Of a DNA stretch of 24,000 nt, positions 1 through 8,695 are shown piece after piece. The position numbers and the translations under genes were made by a program. Source of the DNA: Pantoea latae. GTDB lineage: Bacteria; Pseudomonadota; Gammaproteobacteria; Enterobacterales; Enterobacteriaceae. Under the pieces are notes generated by a model, which saw only the letters and a program-made list of their open reading frames with translations, made no database searches and was not told where the DNA came from. The stretch is taken from the NCBI RefSeq assembly GCF_002077695.1, contig NZ_MWUE01000005.1, positions 39,265-63,264 on the forward strand. Reading direction: 5' to 3'. Position 1 is the first letter of the stretch; every line of letters begins with the position of its first letter.

Positions 1-1439
1 CGCTTCGCCGCCGCACGCACGCCCAGCACATCGGTAAGATCGCGATAGCCTGCCGTGGAGTAACGATAGCCTGCAATCGAGACGGTGGTGTTGGTTGGGG
101 CGAAGCGTTTACTGTACGTTAAGCGCAGCATCCAGCCCGCCGAGGTCTCATTCGGCATACGCGCATGGGAAAAGGTAGAATCGATGCCTAATGCGCCCCA
201 GGCGCTGGAATACACCGCGCCTAGCATGCCTGCCTGATAGCCATCCGCCAGCCGCGTCGCCGCATTCACGGTCGTGCTGTTGCTCAGCCCATACTGCCAT
301 GTGTTTTCGTTAAACAGATTGTTATCGCCAACGTAACGCGAACGGGCAAGGATAGTGCTGTATTTAAACATGCCGGGACGCATCGAATCGGGAACGGCTG
401 AAAACGGTACGGTAAAACGGTTGGCGCTACCGTTAGCTTCCGTAACGGTCACGTCCAGATCGCCGGAATAGGCGGTGGCATAGAGGTCGTTAATTTCGAA
501 TTTGCCTGGCGGCACGGTCGCTTCATAGAGAATTGACCTGCCTTGCCGAATAGTGACTTTGGCGTTGCTGTTCGCCACGCCGCGCACCACGGGCGCGTAA
601 CCGCGCTTTGAATCAGGCAGCATGCGGTTGTCTGACGCCAGCGAAACGCCGCGATAGGCCATGCCGGAAAAAAAGTTGCCGCCGGTATAGCTGTCGCCAA
701 TCAACAGGTCGCTACGCAGCGGTAAAATCGCACGCTGTACGTAGAAGCGGTTCGTTGACCATGAGGACTGGCCTGGATTGCTGTTAACCCAGGAAGCCTG
801 CTGGCGTAAGCGCCACAAGCCCAGATTGACGCCGTTGTTCAGCCCAACCCACGTCGAGCGGTAGTGGTCCTGCGACGCATGTCTGTAGCGGGCGTAATAT
901 TGGTTAACATTGTAATTAACGAAGCCCATGGTGTCGCCAGAAGTAAGCTCTTCTGGCGCTACATAGCCGCGCGGATGTTTGGCTAAAAAAGCATCAGGAA
1001 TAGTTAGCCTGACCTTCATACTGTTTAAACGGGTTTCAACCGTTGCGTTTTCAACTATATCCCCAGGCGCCAGACAATTCTGTTTTTTTAATAAGGCGCG
1101 GTCGAGTATCGTTTTTTTTAAACCAAGCTTTTCTGTTTGCTCGGGCGTGAAGCAGGCCGTGACGTGCTCTCCGCGAGTGACATGCTCGACGTCTCCCTGA
1201 AAAACAGAGGCTCCATTAACCTCGACATCCATATGATAAATGCCAGGTTTTACCTGGTTACGAGCAATATAAGCCGCCACGTCATCAACGGGAAATCCAC
1301 TGCCTTTTAATAACGCAGGATCAAAGATAAATTTATTATTATCATTAAGAGCGTGGGGAGTGATTTCATCCCCTGCCGTGGCTTTAAAAGAGAGCATGCC
1401 TGCCACGCACATGAGCATTATGCTTTTTTTATCTGCCAT
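1..1439 (-). CDS. Fimbrial outer-membrane usher protein (PapC/FimD family), N-terminal ~479 codons; C-terminus lies beyond the window edge
   Basis: The minus-strand frame is open from ATG at 1437-1439 to position 1. It has no stop in the window, so it is absent from the ORF track. My translation starts MADKKSIMLMCVAGMLSFKATA (signal peptide) and contains usher-type blocks: FDPALLKGSGFPVDD, GIYHMDVEVNG, RGYAPVVRGVANSNAKVTIRQG, YSGDLDVTVTEANGSANRFTVPFSAVP. It starts 28 nt after the chaperone stop. Confidence 0.9.
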   Translation of the reverse strand, partial: MADKKSIMLMCVAGMLSFKATAGDEITPHALNDNNKFIFDPALLKGSGFPVDDVAAYIARNQVKPGIYHMDVEVNGASVFQGDVEHVTRGEHVTACFTPEQTEKLGLKKTILDRALLKKQNCLAPGDIVENATVETRLNSMKVRLTIPDAFLAKHPRGYVAPEELTSGDTMGFVNYNVNQYYARYRHASQDHYRSTWVGLNNGVNLGLWRLRQQASWVNSNPGQSSWSTNRFYVQRAILPLRSDLLIGDSYTGGNFFSGMAYRGVSLASDNRMLPDSKRGYAPVVRGVANSNAKVTIRQGRSILYEATVPPGKFEINDLYATAYSGDLDVTVTEANGSANRFTVPFSAVPDSMRPGMFKYSTILARSRYVGDNNLFNENTWQYGLSNSTTVNAATRLADGYQAGMLGAVYSSAWGALGIDSTFSHARMPNETSAGWMLRLTYSKRFAPTNTTVSIAGYRYSTAGYRDLTDVLGVRAAAK

Positions 1440-1467
1440 TTTTTCTTGCTCAATTTCCCTGATGAGA

Positions 1468-2202
1468 TTAGCGACCTTTAATGGCCTGTTTCAGGACGGC
1501 GCCATAGTCATTTACGTAATCTACCGTTAACGTTTTTATCTCAGTCGCGGGTGAACAGGAGAACGTCCAGCGGGAGGTTGAATCAGGCGGCACCATCGAA
1601 ACATCCTTAAGCTCGATGGTTTTTGTTCCTGTAGAGAGCGACGCGGCCACGCTATTAAAGTAATAAGGCGTGCTGTTATTAAGGGCGACATAACATTGTC
1701 CGCCATTTTTGCTGATTTTATAGGTCAACTGCTCAAGTGCCTGCTGTGGCGACATGGCAAGATTGTCCGGCCGCAGGAAAATTTTCAGGGTATTAGTGAC
1801 CATCAGCAGTAATTTATTATGCGCGTTGTCACTCGCCTTAACGGCTGGAAGCTGAGTGAAATGCAGATAATAGAGCTGTTCGCGCTTTACGTTTTTTGTG
1901 TCGCCGGTGAATATCAGGTTGGCGACATGGCTCTCGTGTGGGGATATTTTGAAAATAGAAGGCGACAAAATAAAGGGTGACTTTGCATGTTCAGGCGACT
2001 GTACCCCTTGCTGATTATCCGCCCATATTTGCATCAAATAGGGCCATGCGTCATTGTTAGTAAACTTTAGCGCTTTGGCACGGTCAGTGGATGGATAAAT
2101 AACACGATTACCCAGCATAACCACACTGGCCAGTGAGGAACCGGTACAGGTTAGCGCAAGGCTGGCGACTAAGCAGCCGACTAATTTGTTCAATTTAACC
2201 AT
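1468..2202 (-). CDS. Periplasmic fimbrial chaperone (PapD-like)
   Basis: The 251-aa track ORF has an internal start MVKLNKLVGCLVASLALTCTGSSLASV (signal peptide) preceded by AGAGGA. The sequence VVMLGNRVIYPSTDRAKALKFTNNDAWPYLMQIWADN is typical of the chaperone N-terminal domain. The alternative upstream start is 2223. Confidence 0.9.
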   Translation of the reverse strand: MVKLNKLVGCLVASLALTCTGSSLASVVMLGNRVIYPSTDRAKALKFTNNDAWPYLMQIWADNQQGVQSPEHAKSPFILSPSIFKISPHESHVANLIFTGDTKNVKREQLYYLHFTQLPAVKASDNAHNKLLLMVTNTLKIFLRPDNLAMSPQQALEQLTYKISKNGGQCYVALNNSTPYYFNSVAASLSTGTKTIELKDVSMVPPDSTSRWTFSCSPATEIKTLTVDYVNDYGAVLKQAIKGR

Positions 2203-2262
2203 CACATCCTCTGGCCAAAGCATGATGAAAAGAGGACGCAGTCAGGGCTGCGCCCTCGTGGT

Positions 2263-2790
2263 TTACTGGTAGCTAATTGCATACTGCGCGGAAGCGACCA
2301 CGCTGCCTGGCGTCACATCAGCGGCTTCCGCATAGTAGCGTGCCGTGAGCGTCTGGGTTGCGGAGCTACTTCCTTCGGCCTTAGTAAAGCTGGATGTCGA
2401 TACGGTTTCGCCGTCAGTAAAGCTCAGCGGGGTTGAGCCATCCGCATCCAGCAGCTGAATGGAAACGTTGGTTGCGGTGCCGGTGTTGCCGAGGTTGCCT
2501 GCAGCGGTCACATTATTACCGGCAAACCGGGTTTTCAGCGTGGCTGCATTTGTTGAACAGCCTGTTACGCCGACGGTAAAGGTGGTGTCAGACGACGTAC
2601 TGCCAGCTGTTTTCAGCTCACCTGCGGTCGCACTGGGCAACAGGATAACTGGCGTGGCATCATTACCGTTAATCGTTACCGAACAGGTTTCTTCATTTAC
2701 TTCACCTTGAAACTGAACGGTATTATCTGATGCTGCGGCAGCATAAAAGCTGATGCAGGAAAGGGCTATAAAAATAGCTTTATAGTTCAT
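2263..2790 (-). CDS. Type 1-like fimbrial major subunit (fimbrial protein)
   Basis: The 175-aa product has signal peptide MNYKAIFIALSCISFYAAAA, then NTVQFQGEVNEETCSV with a second Cys (TGCS) and a C-terminal tail (AQYAISYQ) typical of pilin subunits. It is the first gene of the subunit-chaperone-usher order. An AGAGGA RBS lies 7 nt upstream. Confidence 0.85.
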   Translation of the reverse strand: MNYKAIFIALSCISFYAAAASDNTVQFQGEVNEETCSVTINGNDATPVILLPSATAGELKTAGSTSSDTTFTVGVTGCSTNAATLKTRFAGNNVTAAGNLGNTGTATNVSIQLLDADGSTPLSFTDGETVSTSSFTKAEGSSSATQTLTARYYAEAADVTPGSVVASAQYAISYQ

Positions 2791-3240
2791 GTCAACATCC
2801 TCTTGTGATTAGTATAAAATTCATCCTGATCTCAACAATTATTTAACAGGGCGCAAATGGCTGTAATTAGTTTTTTTGACTGATGCGCTAATAATTGCGA
2901 GGATGCTATTAGCTTATAAACTAAGCAATGATTCAAGTGGCATAGTAAAATAAACTATAGTCATTTTGCTATTGTTGTAAAAATAATGATATCGGATGTT
3001 TTTTTCGTGGTGACAGAAGGCGGTAGAGCGTTTTTTCTTTTTCAGGAAGGTGAGTAAACTAAAAGGAGGATAATATTATTAGTGAAATATATAAGGTGAT
3101 TAGGCTACAACGTAATTCGCTCTGTTTATTTCTATTCGAGTTTTAGTTGTTTATTTAATTTGTTTTATGGCCTTTGTATCTTATTTGATCGTTGCGGTTA
3201 ACTATTAACCATGCTGTCCTGAATGCTGCCGGGAAAAGAG
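2791..3240 (-). promoter_or_regulatory. AT-rich control region upstream of the fimbrial operon (promoter not mapped)
   Basis: About 450 bp has no ORF of 60 aa or more and is visibly much more AT-rich than either flank, with many A/T tracts. It sits between the iolI-like terminator and the fimbrial subunit start. Confidence 0.4.
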
Positions 3241-3249
3241 AAACAACCA

Positions 3250-3290
3250 GAAAAAAGGCGCAGCTCTGAACGAAAAGGCCAGAGCTGCGC
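3250..3290 (-). terminator. Rho-independent terminator downstream of the iolI-like gene
   Basis: A perfect 11-bp stem pairs GCGCAGCTCTG (3258-3268) with CAGAGCTGCGC (3280-3290) around an 11-nt loop. On the minus strand it is followed by CTTTTTTCTGG. It begins 5 nt after the stop at 3295. Confidence 0.7.
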
Positions 3291-3294
3291 TACA

Positions 3295-4110
3295 TTAAGC
3301 CTGCAACAGACTGATGCTATTGCGTATTTGTTTTTCGATATCGGCTGCGCTCCAGCTGTGCATTTGCGAAGAGAAAGGCTCGAAGGCGTAGACGCCTTTG
3401 TAGCCGAGCATCTCCAGCCGCTTCACCTGCGCCACGCTGTTTAGCACGTCCCGGTCGCTCAGCATAATGCGCTCTTCATCGGTGAGTTCGGCGGTGGCGC
3501 GCCGGTCTTCCACGCCGGAAAGATGCACCAGGCCAATCATCTCAACGTCAATCTCCGCCGGAAACTCCTGCTCAGCATTTTCATACAGATGGTGATGGAA
3601 GGTGTCGATTACCAGCTTAAAGGGCGCCTGCGCGTCGCGGATTAGCTGCTGCGCCTGCACCGCTGAACGCAGCGAGCTGACCGGGAAGCCCAGCGGCTCC
3701 ACTAGCCCCTGCACGCCATACTGCGCAAAGCGCGGCGCCAGCGCGGCGAGTGCCGCCAGCGTTTTTTCCGGCGCGATATCGACCCCTTCATTTAGTGGAC
3801 ACATCACCAGCGCCTGCGCGCCGATGGCCTGCGCGTCCTGCAGCAGGGCGTCGGTTTTCGCCAGCAGCGCTTCGTCCACGCGATTAAACGGATAGAGCGC
3901 GTTGATGGTGACCACCTCGATCTCATATTTCGCGATCAGGGCGCGCGTCTCTTCATAGGTCAGATCATCGCACACCTTGCCGCTCGGCATGTCGTTGCGC
4001 AGCTCGACTTTGCGCAGGCCCAGCCGGTGAACCAGCTGGAAAAACGCTTCCAGTGAAAGGGCGGGCGCGATTTTACGGTTAATACAGAAACGGGTCGGAT
4101 CGATGGCCAT
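3295..4110 (-). CDS. Xylose-isomerase-like TIM-barrel sugar isomerase/epimerase, IolI-like (putative inosose / 2-keto-myo-inositol isomerase)
   Basis: The 271-aa product has an overall pattern resembling my recollection of B. subtilis IolI: FCINRK..., VELRND, INALYPFN, LVEPLGFP, IDTFHHH, LTDEERIML, FEPF. An AGGAG RBS lies 7 nt upstream. The gene is divergent from iolA inside an iol cluster. The subfamily (IolI vs IolH) is not resolvable by eye. Confidence 0.6.
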   Translation of the reverse strand: MAIDPTRFCINRKIAPALSLEAFFQLVHRLGLRKVELRNDMPSGKVCDDLTYEETRALIAKYEIEVVTINALYPFNRVDEALLAKTDALLQDAQAIGAQALVMCPLNEGVDIAPEKTLAALAALAPRFAQYGVQGLVEPLGFPVSSLRSAVQAQQLIRDAQAPFKLVIDTFHHHLYENAEQEFPAEIDVEMIGLVHLSGVEDRRATAELTDEERIMLSDRDVLNSVAQVKRLEMLGYKGVYAFEPFSSQMHSWSAADIEKQIRNSISLLQA

Positions 4111-4373
4111 GCTGCGGCTCCTGTAACGTGCAAGAGGAAGAGAGAGTAAGCTGGAGCTAAAGAAAACATTTATTTCATAAATAGTGAAATATGGAATTTA
4201 AAGGTTGAGATCTGCCTCTCAATAATTTCATTTTTCACACCGACAGCGCCTCGCTCAGCGCGTTTCTGTGGTGAGAAAGCAGCTGCAACAGGCTGTGAAA
4301 GAGGGGTGCTGCCGCCAGTCAGCGCGCGGTTTTTCGCCTGAGCGAGAAAAATGCGATCCACGCCGCTAAAAGG

Positions 4374-4405
4374 AAATTTTTCAAAAACTTTTATTTGAAA
4401 AATTT
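4374..4405. promoter_or_regulatory. Perfect 12-bp inverted repeat (AAATTTTTCAAA-N8-TTTGAAAAATTT) in the iolI-like/iolA divergent region; candidate repressor operator
   Basis: The arms at 4374-4385 and 4394-4405 are exact reverse complements. The repeat lies about 110 bp upstream of the iolA ATG and is flanked by GGAA (4372-4375) and TTCC (4407-4410). Confidence 0.45.
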
Positions 4406-4512
4406 ATTCCACTGTAATAGCTTCATAGCACGCTTTTGGTTTTGCCTGGTCAGACGGCGTGGCGTCACGCTTAGGCTCTGCAGGGAACTCACACATCTTA
4501 AGAGGCTATAAA

Positions 4513-6018
<1,506 letters not shown>

Positions 6019-6040
6019 GGGCGCGCGCGAGTGATAACAG

Positions 6041-6079
6041 CTACAGGCCAGCGGCGACGCGCCTGTAGCCTTTTATTTT
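6041..6079 (+). terminator. Terminator-like hairpin plus T-run between iolA and iolB (possible partial terminator or attenuator)
   Basis: An 8-bp stem pairs CTACAGGC (6041-6048) with GCCTGTAG (6061-6068) around a 12-nt loop, followed by CCTTTTATTTT. It lies 23 nt after the iolA stop and 22 nt before the iolB ATG. Confidence 0.5.
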
Positions 6080-6100
6080 CAGGCTAAAAGGAGAGTGGGG

Positions 6101-6916
6101 ATGTCTTTTCTTGCAAAAGCGCAGCAGCCGGACGCCAGCGGCCGTATCCAGCACGTTACGCCAGAAAGCGCGGGCTGGCGCTATGTCGGCTTTGACGCCT
6201 ATCTGCTGAAAAAGGGTGACACCCTGCGGCTGAGCAGCGGCAATAAAGAGCTATGCCTGGTGCTGGTCGCGGGACTGGCCTCGGTGAAAACGCGCCACGC
6301 GGAATTTCCCGGTATCGGTAAGCGCATGTCGCCGTTTGAGCGCGTGCCGCCTTACTCCGTCTATGTGCCGCACGATGACGAGGTTGAGATCGTCGCCGAC
6401 AGCGATCTGGAGCTGGCGGTGTGCAACGCGCCAGGCCAGGGCAATCTGCCGGCGCGCCTGATCGCTCCCGCGGATGTCGGCGTCGAGCATCGCGGCAAAG
6501 GGCGCAACCAGCGACTGGTGCATAACATTCTGCCGGACGATAAACCGGCCGACAGCCTGCTGGTGGTCGAGGTCTACACCAACGAGGGCGACACCAGCTC
6601 CTACCCGAGCCATAAGCACGACCAGGAAAACAGCGAAAACGAAACCTATCTGGAAGAGACCTACTATCACCGTTTCGATCCAGAGCAGGGCTTCGCCATG
6701 CAGCGCGTCTACACCGATGACCGCTCGCTTGACGAATGTATGGCGCCCTACAACCGCGACGTGGTGACCGTGCCGCGCGGCTACCATCCGGTGGCCACCC
6801 TTGCCGGTTACAACAACTACTACCTGAACGTCATGGCTGGCCCGGTACGGCTGTGGAAATTCACCTGGGAGAAAGATCACGCCTGGGTTAACAGCGATAA
6901 CTATCCGCGCGGCTAG
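6101..6916 (+). CDS. iolB: 5-deoxy-glucuronate isomerase, IolB
   Basis: ATG 6101 is preceded by AAAGGAGAG. The cupin-like protein carries the motifs YPSHKHD and ETYYHRF, and PRGYHPV, characteristic of IolB. It lies immediately downstream of iolA. Confidence 0.9.
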   Translation: MSFLAKAQQPDASGRIQHVTPESAGWRYVGFDAYLLKKGDTLRLSSGNKELCLVLVAGLASVKTRHAEFPGIGKRMSPFERVPPYSVYVPHDDEVEIVADSDLELAVCNAPGQGNLPARLIAPADVGVEHRGKGRNQRLVHNILPDDKPADSLLVVEVYTNEGDTSSYPSHKHDQENSENETYLEETYYHRFDPEQGFAMQRVYTDDRSLDECMAPYNRDVVTVPRGYHPVATLAGYNNYYLNVMAGPVRLWKFTWEKDHAWVNSDNYPRG

Positions 6917-6943
6917 GTGCTGCGGTATCCAGGTTGGTTAATC

Positions 6944-6998
6944 AGGCTTCAGACGACGTTGAGTCAATGGCTTAATGACGGCTGAAGCCTTTTTATTG
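6944..6998 (+). terminator. Putative terminator after iolB
   Basis: A 9-bp stem pairs AGGCTTCAG (6944-6952) with CTGAAGCCT (6982-6990), followed by TTTTTATT. The 29-nt loop is unusually large, which lowers confidence. Confidence 0.45.
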
Positions 6999-7019
6999 GC
7001 ATTGCTTTGCCGAACACAA

Positions 7020-7091
7020 TGACGTCAATGATTGACGTCATTTTAATCAGGGTATAATGTGACGTCACTGGAAGACGTCAAAGGATGACGG
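7020..7091 (+). promoter_or_regulatory. Promoter and operator array of the HicAB-like module: four (T/A)GACGTCA palindromes plus a TGACG half-site around a TATAAT -10
   Basis: TGACGTCA occurs at 7020-7027, 7033-7040 and 7060-7067; AGACGTCA at 7073-7080; TGACG at 7086-7090. TTGACG (7032-7037) and TATAAT (7053-7058) are separated by a 15-nt spacer. Positions 7020-7040 form a 21-bp perfect palindrome. Confidence 0.55.
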
Positions 7092-7370
7092 ATGATTAAG
7101 GTCAGGGAGCTAAGTTCTAAGCACCAGAAAACGATCGCGGATATTCTGACGATGCCGACTAAATCCGGCATAAAATGGGATGACGTGATTAGCCTTATCC
7201 ATAAATTAGACGGAAAAGTGAAAAACGGTAACGGCTCGCGGCGTAAGCTCATCTTAATGGGCACGGTTTATCAAACCCATCAGCCGCATCCGGGCAACGA
7301 AATGGATAAAGGGGCGGTAAACGGTCTGCGCGAATGGTTTGAAAATGTCATCGGAGTCGAAAATGATTAA
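7092..7370 (+). CDS. hicA: HicA-family-like toxin (long-form, N-terminally extended)
   Basis: The 92-aa product has an AAGGA RBS 6 nt upstream. The core IKWDDVISLIHKLDGKVKNGNGSRRKLILMGTVYQTHQPHPGNEMDKGAVNGLREWFENVIG fits the HicA dsRBD-like pattern (helix, G-S-x strand, PHP..E...G....). It lies upstream of, and overlaps, a HicB-like gene, which is the canonical toxin-first order. Confidence 0.7.
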   Translation: MIKVRELSSKHQKTIADILTMPTKSGIKWDDVISLIHKLDGKVKNGNGSRRKLILMGTVYQTHQPHPGNEMDKGAVNGLREWFENVIGVEND

Positions 7371-7710
7371 AGGCAGCAATATCATGACCATTGAGGGCCA
7401 CCCTGCTTCCGTCACCTACGAAGCGGAAATAAAAGCGTTTCGCGGTAAGTTTCTCGACGTGACCGGCTACTGCGATTTTGTCGCCAGCAGCACCGAAGGA
7501 CTGGAACAAGAGGGCAAAATTTCGCTGGTGGAGTACGTGAAAACCTGTGAGGAAGAGGGCATTGCACCTTTTCAGCAGGAAGAGAAGCTCAAATCCTTTA
7601 CGCTTCGCTATCCCGGCTGGCTGGAAGCGCGTCTGAACGCTGCGACTAAGTCACACTCTGTGTCGAAAAACCAGTTTATCGTTCAGCTTCTTGAGCGCGA
7701 GCTTAAGTAA
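7363..7710 (+). CDS. hicB: HicB-family-like antitoxin with C-terminal ribbon-helix-helix DNA-binding domain
   Basis: ATG 7363 is preceded by GGAG (7353-7356) and overlaps the hicA stop (7368-7370) by 8 nt. Alternative starts are 7339 and 7384. The N-terminal part (IEGHPASVTYEAEIKAFRGKFLDVTGYCDFVASSTEGLEQEGKISLVEY...EEGIAP) resembles the HicB fold. The C-terminal FTLRYPGWLEARLNAATKSHSVSKNQFIVQLLEREL is RHH-like. Confidence 0.7.
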   Translation: MIKGSNIMTIEGHPASVTYEAEIKAFRGKFLDVTGYCDFVASSTEGLEQEGKISLVEYVKTCEEEGIAPFQQEEKLKSFTLRYPGWLEARLNAATKSHSVSKNQFIVQLLERELK

Positions 7711-7795
7711 CGCGCTGTCTGGTCATGTTCCTGCTGACAAATAACAGGCGGCGGGAAGCGATGGTTCGCTCCCACGCCGTTGCCTCACAAAGTTT

Positions 7796-8635
7796 TTAAG
7801 CGCTGGCGTTATTCAACGCCAGCGACACCGCCAGCGTCTGCGCCAGACAGAGCGAGGCGACCTGCGAGCGGAATCCATCCACCTGTGCTTCACGCACCAC
7901 AAAGCAGACGTCGCTAAAGGCGGCCAGCGGGCTCACCTGGCTGTCGGTAATGGCGATCTGATGCGCGCCGCGCTTCGCTCCCATCTCCACCAGCTCCACC
8001 GCTTCGCGCGCGTAGGGCGAGTAGCTGATGGCGATCACCACATCCTTCGGATTCACCAGGCTGAGCTGCTCGGTAAACATGCCACCCAGCCCGTCGATCA
8101 GGAACGCGCGGCGCTCCAGGTGGCGCAGCGCGTAAACCAGATAGGAGGCGACACTGAATGAGCGGCGCAGGCCGATAACATAGATATTTTCGGCGTCGTT
8201 CAGCAGCTGCACGGCTTTATTCAGCTGGTCGGGATTGACCTGCATCGCCAGCTGCTGCAGCGCCTGGCTGTTGACCATGGTGAAGACGTTAAGGATCTCC
8301 ATCGGGCTTTCCGGCGAGGTGGCGGCATCGTCGGTGGCGGTCTGGCGAAACAGACGCGCGCGCTCGGTGTAGTTAACCGTCTCTTCCATCAGGTGCTGAC
8401 GGAAAACCTGTTTCATTTCGTTGAAACCGCTAAAGCCGAAGGCGTTAGCGAAGCGAATGAGGGTTGAGGGTGGCACGTCCGCCTGCGCGGCGATAGAGGC
8501 CACGGTATCAAAGGCAATGCTATTGCTGTTATCAAGAATATAACGAGCCACCTGCTTCAGGCGCTTGCTCAGCGTTTCGTAGCGGCGACGAATATCATCC
8601 TGTAACAGGGAGAGTTGGGTAGGGTTATTGGTCAT
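7796..8635 (-). CDS. iolR: RpiR/MurR-family transcriptional regulator (HTH + SIS domain); probable inositol repressor IolR
   Basis: The 279-aa product has an N-terminal HTH (LSKRLKQVARYILDNSNSIAFDTVASIAAQADVPPSTLIRFANAFGFSGFNEMK) and a SIS domain (NIYVIGLRRSFSVASYL...VVIAISYSPY). Enterobacterial IolR (Salmonella) is RpiR-type. The gene is embedded among iol genes. Confidence 0.8.
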   Translation of the reverse strand: MTNNPTQLSLLQDDIRRRYETLSKRLKQVARYILDNSNSIAFDTVASIAAQADVPPSTLIRFANAFGFSGFNEMKQVFRQHLMEETVNYTERARLFRQTATDDAATSPESPMEILNVFTMVNSQALQQLAMQVNPDQLNKAVQLLNDAENIYVIGLRRSFSVASYLVYALRHLERRAFLIDGLGGMFTEQLSLVNPKDVVIAISYSPYAREAVELVEMGAKRGAHQIAITDSQVSPLAAFSDVCFVVREAQVDGFRSQVASLCLAQTLAVSLALNNASA

Positions 8636-8695
8636 TACTTCGGCCCGTTAAAAAAGAAATATGGCTGGATAATGAGCGCTATAGTACCAGATGGA

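Noticed and set aside
3061-3150. A strong Shine-Dalgarno-like AAAAGGAGGA in the fimbrial upstream region, possibly heading a small gene.
   Set aside because: No ATG, GTG or TTG at suitable spacing opens a frame longer than a few codons (GTG at 3082 stops after 5 codons). It is not supportable as a CDS from sequence alone.
2791-3240. A fimS-like invertible phase switch upstream of the fimbrial subunit gene.
   Set aside because: I could not find flanking inverted repeats of 9 bp or more, and there is no site-specific recombinase gene in the window.
4459-4512. The GTG start for iolA given by the ORF track. Analogous upstream starts are given for dcrB (16092), yhhM (20385), iolE (9803), iolD (12857) and iolB (6095).
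   Set aside because: The internal ATGs have better RBS spacing and give N-termini and lengths matching the known protein families.
7020-7080. TGACGTCA equals the eukaryotic CRE/ATF site and contains the AatII recognition sequence.
   Set aside because: This is a coincidental identity with no meaning in a bacterial chromosome. The clustering at a toxin-antitoxin promoter is better explained as an antitoxin operator.
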